Below, in pieces: positions 51,948-64,000 of a DNA stretch of 64,000 nt. This DNA comes from Haliotis rubra (lineage: Eukaryota), in NCBI RefSeq assembly GCF_003918875.1, contig NW_025767523.1, positions 372,001-436,000 of the forward strand. Reading direction: 5' to 3'. The position numbers were made by a program, and so were the translations under genes. The stretch's first letter is position 1, and each line of letters opens with the position of its first letter. A model generated the notes under the pieces. That model did no database searches. It saw only the letters and a program-made list of their open reading frames with translations, and was not told the origin of the DNA.

Positions 51948-52154
51948 CTCTCCAGTTGGTCCTGTAACATTTTGAGTGACCGAGATTGTGCAGGTTTGAA
52001 TCTCTGATCCCCCTTTTCTTGCTTGTTTTCCTCCTCCTGAACCAATTTATACGTTTCAGAAGGATAATATACACGGTTTTCAGGTTGGGAATTATTTTCG
52101 GTGGATGTACCGTTAGTTCTGCCCAAAGTTGGTGCTGGTGACGGTTCATCGTTC
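51948..52154 (-). CDS. Zasp: Symmetric (phase 2/2) exon with an AM-like motif: SETYKLVQEEE..QSRSLKMLQ
   Basis: TTTCAG acceptor, GTATGG donor, 207 bp open. Confidence 0.75.
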
Positions 52155-52894
52155 CTGAAAGAGGACACTCCATGCATATCATGCCAAGTCATCATTCCAT
52201 GCCATGAACAATATCACTCTGAAACACACCTCATACTAGGTTTAACACATCATGACACTGCAATAAACATCTGACTGAAGCTTAAATTCCCCGCAACTAT
52301 CATTTTGGGAAATAGTAATCATAAAAACACATTCATCCCATGTTAAAATTTGTAATACACCAAATGTTATTAACTTTTTGCTACTCCAAAGAATGTGACA
52401 AAAAACTGACTGCTGCGTTCCCCTACAAACTTCTCATCTCTAAAGGTGCTTTCAATATAAACATACAAGTTGTGCATTTTTATACATTGAAAGAGTGCAG
52501 ACAGACAGATCAAACTGATATAAATCTAATGAGGATTCAATACATATATCGTAGAATACGTTAATAGTATCATTGAATACATGGGGTTTGAATAAAGTTC
52601 TAGCCTACAGGTTAATGGGGGTGTGTGTTATTGGTATGGTATTAACAGGATTTCACACTCTGCATGCTGAAAACTCATAAATACATTCAAACTTCATCAT
52701 TCGAACATCTGAATGAAATGTTGCAATGAGCCAATAGCACATAACTAATGCATGATGAAAACTATTTGATCACGTTATGGAGGTTTTAGTTTCAGCTATA
52801 CAGAAAAATACAAGTCACATGAAAATCATATGTATCATTCAATCATGGAATTCACTGAAATTCAGTCATGAATATATAACACACCAGTCTTATA

Positions 52895-53056
52895 TACTGA
52901 GGGGAAAAATAAGGGATCACAAGAAAGCACAAGTGTTCCTTTATTTTTTTCCAGGTTTCTTCACAAGCGTTGTATCGTACAACTTGTGAAGAAACCTTGA
53001 AACAAATAAAGGAACACTTGTGGTTTCATGTGATACCTTATTTTTTCCCCTCAGTA
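52895..53056. mobile_element. Near-perfect palindromic TA-flanked MITE
   Basis: TACTGAGGGGAAAAATAAGG...CCTTATTTTTTCCCCTCAGTA; arms pair almost to the centre. Confidence 0.85.
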
Positions 53057-53312
53057 TATGTTCAGTCATACTCATCACAAAGACGATGCAATACAATTCA
53101 CCTAATGAGAAGACTCATCAATCATTCTACCTGGAGCGTGCTAGATTCTATAATGTCCAACAGTGAGACACATCAACCCCAACACAACACAGTTTCCTAT
53201 AGGATTCTAACAAATACTAAACGCCTGATCAACCAATGGAAAGAGCAGAACAGGTCACATGACCTGCACCACACTGCACACAGGCGACCTATCAGTTGCA
53301 AGGCGAGTATAC

Positions 53313-53352
53313 CTGCGCCAAGCCTGGACAGGTTCAGCTGCTGCCCATTGGT
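53313..53352 (-). CDS. Candidate alternative 40-bp exon (QWAAAEPVQAWR), phases 1/2
   Basis: TATTTCAG acceptor, AG/GTATAC donor, open in the required frame. Confidence 0.45.
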
Positions 53353-53906
53353 CTGAAATACAAGGCCAATGAGACAGTGAATATCTGGACATATACAGAG
53401 ATTCCCGGGTGTACAGTTCTTGCTGTCAGGTTGTTTGGAGTTCTGTGACTTACAACTTCTACATTCAAAAGGGCCACAATCAACTTATTTACGATCTTGA
53501 CTCCATTCTACTCAGTGCTGTAGGGGGGCAGGGGGTAGTGGGCAGCCTAGTTGTTCTAGCAACTTCTTTATCAAAAGGTGCTGAAGTTAAAATATTAAGG
53601 ACCCTAACCCATTCCTCTCAATGCTGTAAGGGGCAGTGGATTATCTAAATGTTCATCATTTCCCATTTAGGTACAACGTGTGAAGACCATTCCTGGTGAC
53701 CCCTGCAATGTTGCTGAAGTATTGCAAAAGCGACATAAAACCTGACCTGCTGTGAGTGAGTGTGTTGGGCTTCACATCAGTTTGAACAGTGCCTAATTGA
53801 TATCTTTACAATTAGCTTAATGAAGAAAGAACAAAGATTGTAGAGGTTCACAACTCGTTTGAAACCAATAAACACAACTATGGCAATGACAGATCAAGGA
53901 CTATAC

Positions 53907-53976
53907 CTGGGGTTAAATTCTGGGATTCCGACGTCAGACAATGAATCCTGCCACCGCTGAGGGACATTTGTTAAAC
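53907..53976 (-). CDS. Candidate alternative 70-bp exon (LTNVPQRWQDSLSDVGIPEFNP), phases 1/2
   Basis: TCTTTTAG acceptor, CAG/GTATAG donor, open only in the required frame. Confidence 0.4.
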
Positions 53977-54262
53977 CTAAAAGACTGGGCCACTTTTGGG
54001 GCAGCATAGTCCCTGTCATGGAGATTTTTAAAAGACAGTGCCTTATCCTTTAACAACAGGGCTATTCTCAGGAACTTACTATGTTGTATACAGCACAGAC
54101 ATTATTGACTATTTAGAAACATCCTTCCTCACATTCTCCAAAGCTAATCCAACACCAAGACAATACACTCCTTCCACTTGTCAGTTTGAATGATTTCAAC
54201 TGAACTGAAATATCGCCACTGACATTATCACCAGATACAACATAACATCATAGAAGATTTAC

Positions 54263-54446
54263 CCGCTGGGATCTTTGACCAAGAATTTAGACTGTCCTTC
54301 GAGTTCTCTCTCCACATTGGTGTTTGAATATAGTCCAATGGGGTTGTTATATTTCTACGCCATGATAGCCTTGACCTTCCCTTGGGAGGAGCCTGCCGCG
54401 CCAGGCGTGTCTCCCGAAGGGGGCTGTCCGAAGGCCGTGGGGGCTT
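54263..54446 (-). CDS. Zasp: ZM (Zasp-like motif) exon, phases 1/2, with an in-frame TAG at 54355-54357
   Basis: CCCTTTCAG acceptor; GKVKAIMA*KYNNPIGLYSNTNVERELEGQ; GTAAAT donor. Confidence 0.7.
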
Positions 54447-55443
54447 CTGAAAGGGTGGGTGGATGAGTTGGCAGGCATGATGAAGTGAGGATTCTATGGG
54501 TGGAGGCTAAATGACATTCAAGGACCATCCATTTCATATTCCAAGGAGAAAATTGGTATTTGTTGTAAAAAGTGATTTGTCGCCAAAAATAATTTTTCAC
54601 AAAGCACAAAAAAAAACTAGTAAAATGATAATAAAAATATTGGATGACATTGAGGTGTATTAAAGCAAAAAATCAAATCCCTCCAAGAACATTAAATGGA
54701 TGGTCACTTTTGCAGTGTTAGAAAGTAAGGTAGGCACCAAGGTCCTTGCTCCTATAGCATTTGAAGTTATAGGAGTCCCTGAATCTTCCATACTTAATTT
54801 CAAACACTGCTCATGTATGAGACTCTTAAAGGTTGGCCACAAGCGAGTGTGAATATTGTTCTGCCACATCAGTAATATTCCAGCTAATTCATGGCAGTCT
54901 GTAAACATGTCTGCAGAACCAGATGAACTTGTGAGAGGATGCATGAGAAACAAATGCAATGCGACGCAGCTGGTCAGCATTAACTCAAGGGATCTAATTT
55001 TATCTAGAATGCAAAGTTGGGAAAGGTTGCAATGAAGGAACAAATGATCGCTGCCTATTGGAGTCTTAAGACATCATGATATTTATATACCCAGATGTTT
55101 TAGCTTTTGAAATTTCTTTCTGGATATGACACTTTTGGCACTTATTGCCGTTGCCATCATATTACCACAAAACTAGACGAGGTCCGCAACATTTGAGAAT
55201 GTGTGCATTGAACAAAGAACATCACTACTTTACTTACATTCAACTTAAAGAAATTTCAAAATGAATATATACTATTTAAAAGTTGAGTTATCTCCCTTGC
55301 GTCATGGTTGATCAAACTCCGTTGTAGTGCATAACATCTTCTTACTGTCCCAGCATTATTACTGCCACCATTGAGGTGGTTGTCTTTACCAGAATCTATC
55401 TATCAAACCGGTGATATTTGTCAACTTGTGAATTGTCCATTAG

Positions 55444-55733
55444 CTGAGGCCATTTGTCTGAAGTAGTTTTCCAAAGACTCATTCAGGATTCATAGCATCC
55501 AGTTATCACTTACAATTTCTCACACTGTCTGTGTTCTTAAATTTTAATTGGATTTCTATTTGACAAACAAACAAAATAATTGACAGACTGAGGCCATTTG
55601 TCTGAAGTAGTTTTCCAAAGACTCATTCAGGATTCATAGCATCCAGTTATCCCTTACATTTTCTCACACTGTCTGTGTTCTTAAATTTTAATTGGATTTC
55701 TATTTGACAAACAAACAAATTAATTGACAGACT
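55444..55733. repeat. 144-bp direct tandem duplication (2 copies)
   Basis: CTGAGGCCATTTGTCTGAAG starts at both 55444 and 55588. Confidence 0.9.
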
Positions 55734-55971
55734 GACAGCTATCAGGCATACATTTTTCAAGGCTCATCTGTCACTTGGTCGCTGAGTCATGTTTAACTCC
55801 AATCAGGAGCAATGTGAGAAGTTTAGAATGGTGGCAGATATAGTACTGGGAGCACAGGGAATAATGTATCACTGTAAGGAGCTTGATGGCCATGGTCACA
55901 ACATTTTTCATGGAAAACATTGAAACTGTTGAGAGTTATCTCCCTTGAGATATGGCTGGTATCAGGCCCAC

Positions 55972-56096
55972 CTTGTCCACTGTCCATGAGACCTTGAAGA
56001 AATTTGAAAGATCTTGATTGGTTCTGTGTGGGGTCTGGCGCCGCCTCCCTCTCCGTATACCGCTGTGCAGCGTTAAGGTAGTCGGGTGTCTGGCTG
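55972..56096 (-). CDS. Zasp: Exon with AM motif: SQTPDYLNAAQRY..QSRSFKFLQGLMDSGQ; NAGNAG acceptor
   Basis: CTACCAG/CAG tandem acceptor, GTGGGC donor, phases 2/1. Confidence 0.78.
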
Positions 56097-56290
56097 CTGG
56101 TAGGAGACATCAAAACTCATTCACAGCTTGCATTGAAGTTTATTCCCTAACTACACTGTACAAGGTATATAAGACCTTGAAATAGTTGTGTATCACACAC
56201 AAAATAGTTCCTTCATAAGCAGCAATATACAGTCAGACAATAACCCTTGTTTACATGCTTAGTGTTTGAACATCTACCAAAACGGACCTA

Positions 56291-56450
56291 GGGCCCGTTT
56301 CACAAAGTGATCATAACGCTACGACTATCGTAAGCCTGTGTTAAAGTATGGGAGTTACGATAACCTTGGCGCTAACGACTATCGTAAGCCTGTGTTAAAG
56401 TATGGGAGTTACGATAACCTTGGCGCTACGATTGCCTGTGAAATGGGTCC
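56291..56450. mobile_element. Harbinger/Tourist-like MITE with an internal ~55-bp duplication
   Basis: GGGCCCGTTTCACA...TGTGAAATGGGTCC imperfect TIRs; ACGACTATCGTAAGCCTGTGTTAAAG occurs twice. Confidence 0.6.
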
Positions 56451-57731
56451 CAGATCGCTGAAATTGTAACAAAAGTGTCATTTTTACACATTTTTATGTC
56501 GGTTGTTGTTAACTGATTTTTCATTTGTACTTCCAACACTACATGTTACTCTTACTGATAATGTAACATATAAGTATAACAATATATAACTACATAAGCC
56601 ATGCTCCATGATTTGTGCACTATGCTTTCTTTATAACTACAGTAGACACTGATATACACAAAGGCAGCTATGAAAGTATAAATTTTAATCTTCCAGGTAT
56701 CAGTTTTCACAACATTGAAATTATAGATGATTACAAAACATTTCAATACAAAAGCCATAAATTTGATTAATATGTTTGTCGCCATGGTAGCTGATTGGTT
56801 ACATTTTGTTTGAGATGGTAAGTAACTACATCAAATAAGTATTCTTGCCTACGTGTTAGCCTCGATCTTGGTTAGAATCATCCAGTCACGTGACTTTGTC
56901 TGGATGCTCAGTGTGAGTTAGCCTAATGGCAAATACAGTTAGCCTAATGAAAACAGCAGGATTATACACATTAGACTTCTTTGATCAATAACCTCAGTTA
57001 GCACTTTGTGTTCATGTAACAGTTTAGACAACACCAACATCGCATAATATAATTTTAGAATTATACTGAAAAGAAATAATCATAAAATAATGCCTCATTA
57101 GTAAATAATTTATCATTTTGTTTTGTTCAGCATTGTAATTAGTCTATTAGTAGCATATTTAACAAAAGGGCACGAACAAAAAGACATGCTTTAGTTCCAA
57201 CAAAAATTAAACAAATTTTCAACAGCAGAATCAGCAAAACCATCACAACAAACAAACTAACTACACTTTCATGAGCAATTATGTGACATTTCCCTGTGGT
57301 GTACTGAACAGTTGAATTTTGATTCCCACCAAGAAGCCATTCCACACTTAATAATTAATTCACTTATCAAATTCAAAGCTGTATCTGTATACATTATAAA
57401 CATATCATTCATACCCAACCAGTTTGAATTACATGTGATTTCCAACAGTCACCCTGCCACCATATCAGTCATGTCCCTATGAAATATTCGATTATGCCAA
57501 AAGAAGAATTCAAATATGATTTTGTTTTTAAAATACCTATACGGCTTATCTACGGTAATATACGGTACTTGGAAACCTAATTTTATACGGTACTTGGAAA
57601 CCTAATTTGATTTTTCTGACAGTCTTGATACTAAAATTCAAAATATAAACGGTGAATGTCCCCAAACTTTGGTTACCAGTACTCAAGAGTTACCTCCCTT
57701 GTGAAGGTCACATGCGGACGGGTGCACCTAC

Positions 57732-57883
57732 CTTGAGATGTTCATGTTCTGTGTCTGCTGAGACAGGCTGTTGACACTGGGGCTACTGACACTGGGGCTA
57801 CTGAAACTGGGGGCAGCAGCAGGGGCAGCAGCAGGGGCGGCCGGAGATGGCGCCCCAAAAGGCTTGGGGGCAGCATTGAAGTT
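57732..57883 (-). CDS. Zasp: Exon NFNAAPKPFGAPSPAAPAAAP..QNMNIS
   Basis: TTTTGTCTACAG acceptor, GTAGGT donor, phases 0/2; the FNxxPKPF motif is typical just after the PDZ domain in this family. Confidence 0.8.
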
Positions 57884-60800
57884 CTGTAGACAAAATCATT
57901 AAAAATAACAATGATGGTTGTGCTGTTTAAGTGAAAATAACAGGGGTAAATCCTTTTTTATGTAATATATACTACTCACACTTTGCTAAGGATCAAATCA
58001 TGGATTCTACAGAAAACTATGATGTGGGGTCGAATTTGGTTTAAATATCTAAACTTATTGTAAGCATGGATCCTAGGTTTCAGTATGTCATTGCATCTTG
58101 TGGATGCCATACCTGCTATTGGCAGGTGTTGTTTATTTGCCAATGACTCGTTCCATGATTTGCAAAATAGTTGGTGCCATGAAAACCATTTTTATGGTTA
58201 CTCATGTATCAAGTGCACTAGGTTAGAATAAATTGACTGTTTGCCTAAAGATGGGTTACTATAGTATTATTTATCCAGTTATAAACAGATACAATTTCAA
58301 ATTATAAATCTACGGTTAAGTAAAGTTGTGAATTTTTGTGATCCTTAGCAAAGTGTGTGTAGTATACAAACTGGAAACAGATACTTCTTCCAGTCTGGCT
58401 CAATGCCGCTATTTATATCTTGAGATACCAAGGTTTGTAAAGCGTTTCATGAAACTAGAGGGCAGCGAAAGTGTATCCAAACATGTCACTCACAATCTCT
58501 CATCACATGTCCAGTTCGTGATATATTTAGTACACCAAGATAATATTTCTTTCATGAACATCACTGTTTATAAAGCAGGAAACTATTTCAATTTATTTTT
58601 ATTACCTAGGTAATATTGCAGGCTTTTAGGAAAATGAAGTCTTATCAGCTCCAAATTTCTTCCCTTCCCTACTGAATATTAAACTGTAAACTATTGCTGT
58701 TGGACCAAGATATGTGTCTCAGTGGATGTGAGGTATGATTCATCTTCTCAGTTCACAGACAGTTCTGGGAGCTAGATATGATCTGCATCCCAATCCCCAA
58801 TAATCTGGCCAGCACGATTTCACTGGAAACCCACATGGTTGTAACACCTCCAAGAGCCTATTTCATTGTCAGAAAACCATCATCATCATAGTTGTCGTCG
58901 ACGTCAACATCATGATCATCTGATCCATTTTGTCAGTCATGTTTCGGAAGTGATTTGTGACTGATGCTTTTTATTACAGGAGAATTTCTCTGTATCTCAA
59001 AGAAAGAGTCATACAAGTCCCCAATCTCTAACATCAAGTATCAAAGACATACTCAAGAAATAACACATTCTGTTTCAATCAACTCGACTCAGACATTTGT
59101 AAACATGTTCAAAGCAATCGCTGAGGCTACGCTACAAATAGCGTTAAAAACTATATTTTTTAGAAGAATCTAGTTACAGGGTTAAAAAGCAAAACTTAAT
59201 GTCAGACATGACAGTATTTGTGGAGGCATTCACAGACGAGTGTATAGAGGCCTCCAACGCTGTGCCTGAGGCCATCACAAGCAGGCAGTAAATGCTCAGA
59301 CTTATCACTAACGATAGAAACCTATAAACTGTATCAGCAAGTTATTTCTTAATGAACAGTTTAAATATCGGCAAAAACACAGCCACATTGCTTTGGCGAT
59401 AGCTGAACATCCAGCAAATGAACTTGTGTTTGCGTAGGCAGACACAACTATTTATGGCGCATTCTTTTAGCGGCGTTCTCCTGGAATATCAGTTGAGTCT
59501 GTGCCAGGTATAACTATGATAACATCCCACACAGATCTGCAGGTGTAAACAAGGAATTCCAGTTCCTGCTAATGCAGCACATTTCAGATTTATCATCAAG
59601 TGTAGTTTACATACAATCTATCATATTAATGATATGGCTATCTCAATGTCTCTTATCAATACCGTCTTGGCCTTTTTCAATTAAAATTTTTGTAACTGCT
59701 GATCACTAACTTAGCAGAGAATTGTTTATGATCAAGAGTGTAAATTAATTAAATGGCTATTTTAAATGTCATTTCATTTGAATCTGGCACAAGACAAACT
59801 TACTGAAGCATATCACAGATAGAATAGAATAGAATAGAATTCTTTGTTCCCTTGAGTTGGCAATCAATAACACATGTGTTTGAAATCTGTTGTGCGGTAA
59901 GTGAACTACGCTGAGTTGTTAAATATAATATGCTACAGTATTCCATCTTTTTTACAACCTGTATTTATGCCAGGAGCATACAATCCAAAACATTCCTTAA
60001 GACAGTCACATGCGTCACGTACTCATTTTGCCGACTTATATCTCAAATTTGAGTGTGTAGGCCCTGTCCAGGACCTCTTTAAAACCCAATACATAATCAA
60101 TTAAAAATTGTTGTTTCAATTGCAATGCTCAAATGACAGTTGGATTATATCTATTCTTGCATTGAATGAGAAATTAATTTACCAAATTAATTTACACATG
60201 TACTCAGGGCCCTAAGCCATGGAGGCTAAACCCAGCTCAATCGTTAAATCCTGAATCTTCTCCATCAGGAACATCCCCTCCCTCAACATGAACCAACACC
60301 ATCTACAACAGCCACACACAGTGCTGACTGATGGTCACTGGAAACTCATCTAAGCATGTTCATGGAACAATGCATCTATTTTCCACTCTTCAACAGCTGC
60401 CAAACAAATTCTTCCAACAATCTTTCTGACAGTTGCATGTTCTACATCCTCTTACAGCAAGAGCACACCAATATGTGGCCTTCACTGACCTTGACATTCA
60501 AAGCACCAGCCAGTTTCTGACTCAATAACGACCATCACCCAGTAACGTATCTTATGATACATGTGGCAGAGTAAGAAACTCAAAGCAGAAAAGGTGGCCC
60601 CTGCTGTATTCATCTCATAATTACATTTAAAATTTATTTCACAATATTTCTCAACGAAGGATTCGGGATTTTGAAAAAGGTTGGGAGCCCACAATACCGA
60701 TGTCACAAATTATCTGAGGTAACCTGGACCTAGTTAACACATAAAGTGTCTCAAAGAAAGTTCCAGATCAGACAGTGGTTGTGGTGGTTACATTATCAAG

Positions 60801-63800
60801 GTTATACTTGTAGATACCAAAATATCAATATATTGCTCAAATGTTTGTATCAGACAATTTTCATGTAATTTTTATAAAAGATATCATAGACTTACTACCA
60901 AAAATATGAATATGAGGTTACTAACATGGAATCATAACTGAGGTGTCAAACAGACACAACATATCCTAAATTTCCAAATAAAATTCAGAGCAGGTATTTC
61001 TCCTCCTACAGCAGTGAGCCACGTAAGTCACAGAGTCAACACGAGATGAGGTGAAAAGGCATTCACCATTGCGTTCAAGCTTATTTTACATAAACTATGA
61101 CGTGTATGCACGCATACATGTGGTGTTTTGTAGTAGTCTAGACTTAGGCTGGGTTTTTTTTGTGTGCAAGGCACCATGATCAGACACATGATACTAACAT
61201 GGAGCAGACCAGTCAGTGTATTATCCCATGATGCTGAGCACCAGGCAGGCTATCAACAAGCAGCATCTTTTAACATCTTTGGGTATGATGTGGTCAGAGA
61301 ATCAAACCATCAAACAGACAACACAGCCTTTCTATGGATATGACTTATCTCATGATAAATGACTTTAACAAGTGTCTGTCCAAATAGAACTAACACCATT
61401 TCTATAAAAAAAATTTAAGTTAGCATTAATCTGGAGTTACGCTTTTCAAATGTTTTCAGTTACAATTTTTCATATTTCTCATTATGACATTCCTATGTAG
61501 CAACATAATTATTTTGACATATCTTAATACAGATTTCAGATTTTGTATTTTGTATGTGACTCAAGTAATGGTAGAATGTGACACTACATGTTCAATTTAG
61601 TTTTGCTGACTTCAACATAAAAGAGTCAAATGATATTTTTAGCCTTATTCAACAAGGAAGAATGTGCTTCAAGAATCAGCAGATGAGTTGGCCACGTCAT
61701 GCAGCATCTGTAACCCAGTAATACTGTAACCATGTCTCCGCTGACTAACCCCATAGCTTATAGGATCACTAATACAAACAAGAGCCCAAGTCATCCAAAA
61801 TACTGCTGTCAACTGAATCACAAGAATCAAACCAGTTTCTCTACAGTAACCTTCAAACCATACACCACCTGCCTGCTGGAAGACATGAAACCCAAATCAA
61901 GGCAACTAGGAATATTTGGTACAGTTGGTGTCTAAATTTAGGAATGTGAAGAAACTGTATCAGTTAACATTATAAGCATGTTTGGTTACATGCTTGTGAA
62001 GAAACCCAACCATCCATTTTATCACATTACATTACCAAAACTGCTCAAAATCAGAAAATCACATTGAAAGCTGAACAATTGACTATTTATTAATAAGTAC
62101 AGGTACCAAGGTAAATATCTTGTTTAAAGTAGAGGCAATGTTTTATGGTCAATTTTGTAACTTACAGCAAAGCATGGTTCTGCCAAAATTATACTGGCTG
62201 GCGCCTCTAAGCTTGTATAACTGAACACCCACAATATCCTCCTGGGTGATAACACAAGCCTCAGTTCACCTTCTCTGGGGAGCCAACAGGCCAGCTGCAA
62301 ACTGCCCCCACAGACAAACCATGCCCTCCACAAACAAGATAATTAAACTTTATCAATATTTACCCACAAAACAAAATGGTTGCATGACAGGGACACCCTG
62401 CAATGGGATATAACATAATTCTAAGATCTCTATCTCCTTGAGGTGACCTTTTGCTGGCGCCATTGGTTCAGGACAGTCTGAAAATTCCATTCCTCTCAAA
62501 TTATCCACAACAATCATTAATTATCAAAAACATTACACACCCTGTATCACATGATTCACACTTAGCCCCCAAAACACATTTTTTCGGATGCTATTGAAAG
62601 TGAAATTTATTTAAATGCATTTGAAGTCAACAATGTCCTATTTTACTTACCACCTGTTAACAAATTGTTAACACAAATGCCATGCCACAAAAAAACCTTA
62701 AAGGTTTATAGGTCTCCAATATGTCTCCACATGTTCGATACAGACCATACTCCAATTCCATTGTCTGCAAGAATATTCCTTCATTACCAGGAAGCGACGG
62801 AAGCTTATTACCTGGCTGGGTAATAACAGGACACAATACACATACGCACCCTGTACATTGGGAGGAGGAGGAGGATAAGGAGGCACCTGCTGACAGATAT
62901 ACCTGATGTGTTGTACAAGGACCAAGAACCTGGACTTGGGATACAGTTACTTGATCTCCAATACCACAATCTAACGCCCTATCCTTATATAGTGAGTTGC
63001 CTGGTTATATTGGGGCCAGCTGTCTACACAATGGTCTTATGCCATCTCACTGCAATACGACCACTGCCGCTTTGGTGCCCAACAGGGAAGGAAGCCTGCA
63101 ATGGTTTGGACTGCCGATGACGCCAAAGTGAAATGTCAACGTCCCCAGATACATTTTTGCCCTATTTGTTAACTATTCACATGCTGGGTTAAAATGAGGT
63201 GACGGTTTTTTGTGAATCATATTTATTTTGAAACTGGAAGTATATTCCAGATGTGATATAAACTGTAATATTTTTAGTTCTTTGTTGTTTTTTTGTTTGA
63301 AATTCTTTTGATAATATGAAATGAGGTGAATTTGAGGGTTGTGTTTTCATGAAGTTTATCAATTTTCATATTTGAATTTGTACTTCTTAGTTGTATTAAA
63401 AATATTTTTGCCACTGTGTTGACTTTTCATTATGCTGCATGATATATTTGACATTTCCCTGCCTGTCAGTCTCCACATGGTAACTGACTGACTGATTGAG
63501 TTTGGTTTTACGCCGCTTTTAGCAATATTCCTGCAAAATCACGGCAGGGGACACCAGAAATGGGCTTCACACATTGTACCCAACCCAGTGCGTGTTTATT
63601 ACCCAAACAATACAGTTTATCTACCACAGAAATAACAGTCCATATTCATGCCAAGACAAATTGTGTGCCTTCGAGGACAATCTGTCGTACAGATTTTATC
63701 ATTCATGGTAAACACCTGCCTTGGCAACCTTATAAATAATTCAAGACATTAAAACAGTTTTTACCTAATTTAGTGTAGGTTTTGTCTCACCTTTCCAACA

Positions 63801-64000
63801 TGCACGATTACAGCATTTGTATGCACAGGTAGCTGACGAGTTGTTTGCACGGAGATTCAAATCGCAGCATCAGTTTAGTGTCATTTCAACAAGGGATCTA
63901 ACAGCTTTTAAATGTGTCTGTGTGCTTTAAGTATTAAAACAGTGTTCATGTCAGCATTTCGGTGTATGCACATAAATTTTCAAGTTAAAAAACCCCTCGA

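Larger units (their letters stand above)
45454..57883 (-). other. Zasp: 3' portion of an ALP/Enigma-family PDZ-LIM gene (Zasp/LDB3/PDLIM7-like); 5' PDZ exons not identified in the window
   Basis: Phase-compatible GT-AG exons encode AM motifs (QSRSFKFLQ, QSRSLKMLQ), a ZM motif (YNNPIGLYS), a Pro/Gly-rich linker and three C-terminal LIM domains ending PFCKKH. Confidence 0.85.

Noticed and set aside
62124-62925. Upstream Zasp exons (62165-62330 and QVPPYPPPPPNVQ at ~62851-62892)
   Set aside because: No PDZ or family motif, and the phases cannot be confidently linked to the 57883 acceptor; left uncalled.

Overview
This is AT-rich eukaryotic (metazoan) genomic DNA. The SINE complement suggests a mollusc, probably abalone (Haliotis); that is my own recognition, not a database result. 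The left ~42 kb is a transposon graveyard built around a tandem segmental triplication (copy A ~2.2-12.9 kb, B ~13.7-24.0 kb, C ~24.5-36.6 kb). Because each copy carries private insertions, the other copies show the empty sites. It holds a Sailor/DD82E-like transposase, several Tc1 elements and MITEs, L2/CR1, R4/Dong-like, Harbinger and Gypsy fragments, a Crypton-like hairpin element, a telomere-repeat-filled MITE, and a Penelope-type terminus with a minimal hammerhead ribozyme. A full-length 4.6-kb APE-type LINE (9-bp TSD) has a virus-like 2A (DVETNPGP) motif in ORF1, and its ORF2 continues in frame across a single UAG with no start codon, i.e. apparently two translational recoding signals in one element. 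The right ~19 kb holds the 3' part of a minus-strand ALP/Enigma (Zasp/LDB3-like) gene with ZM and AM motifs and three C-terminal LIM domains. It has a candidate cluster of mutually exclusive exons, an in-frame TAG inside the ZM motif, and two intronic minisatellites. The PDZ exons are not recognisable in the window.
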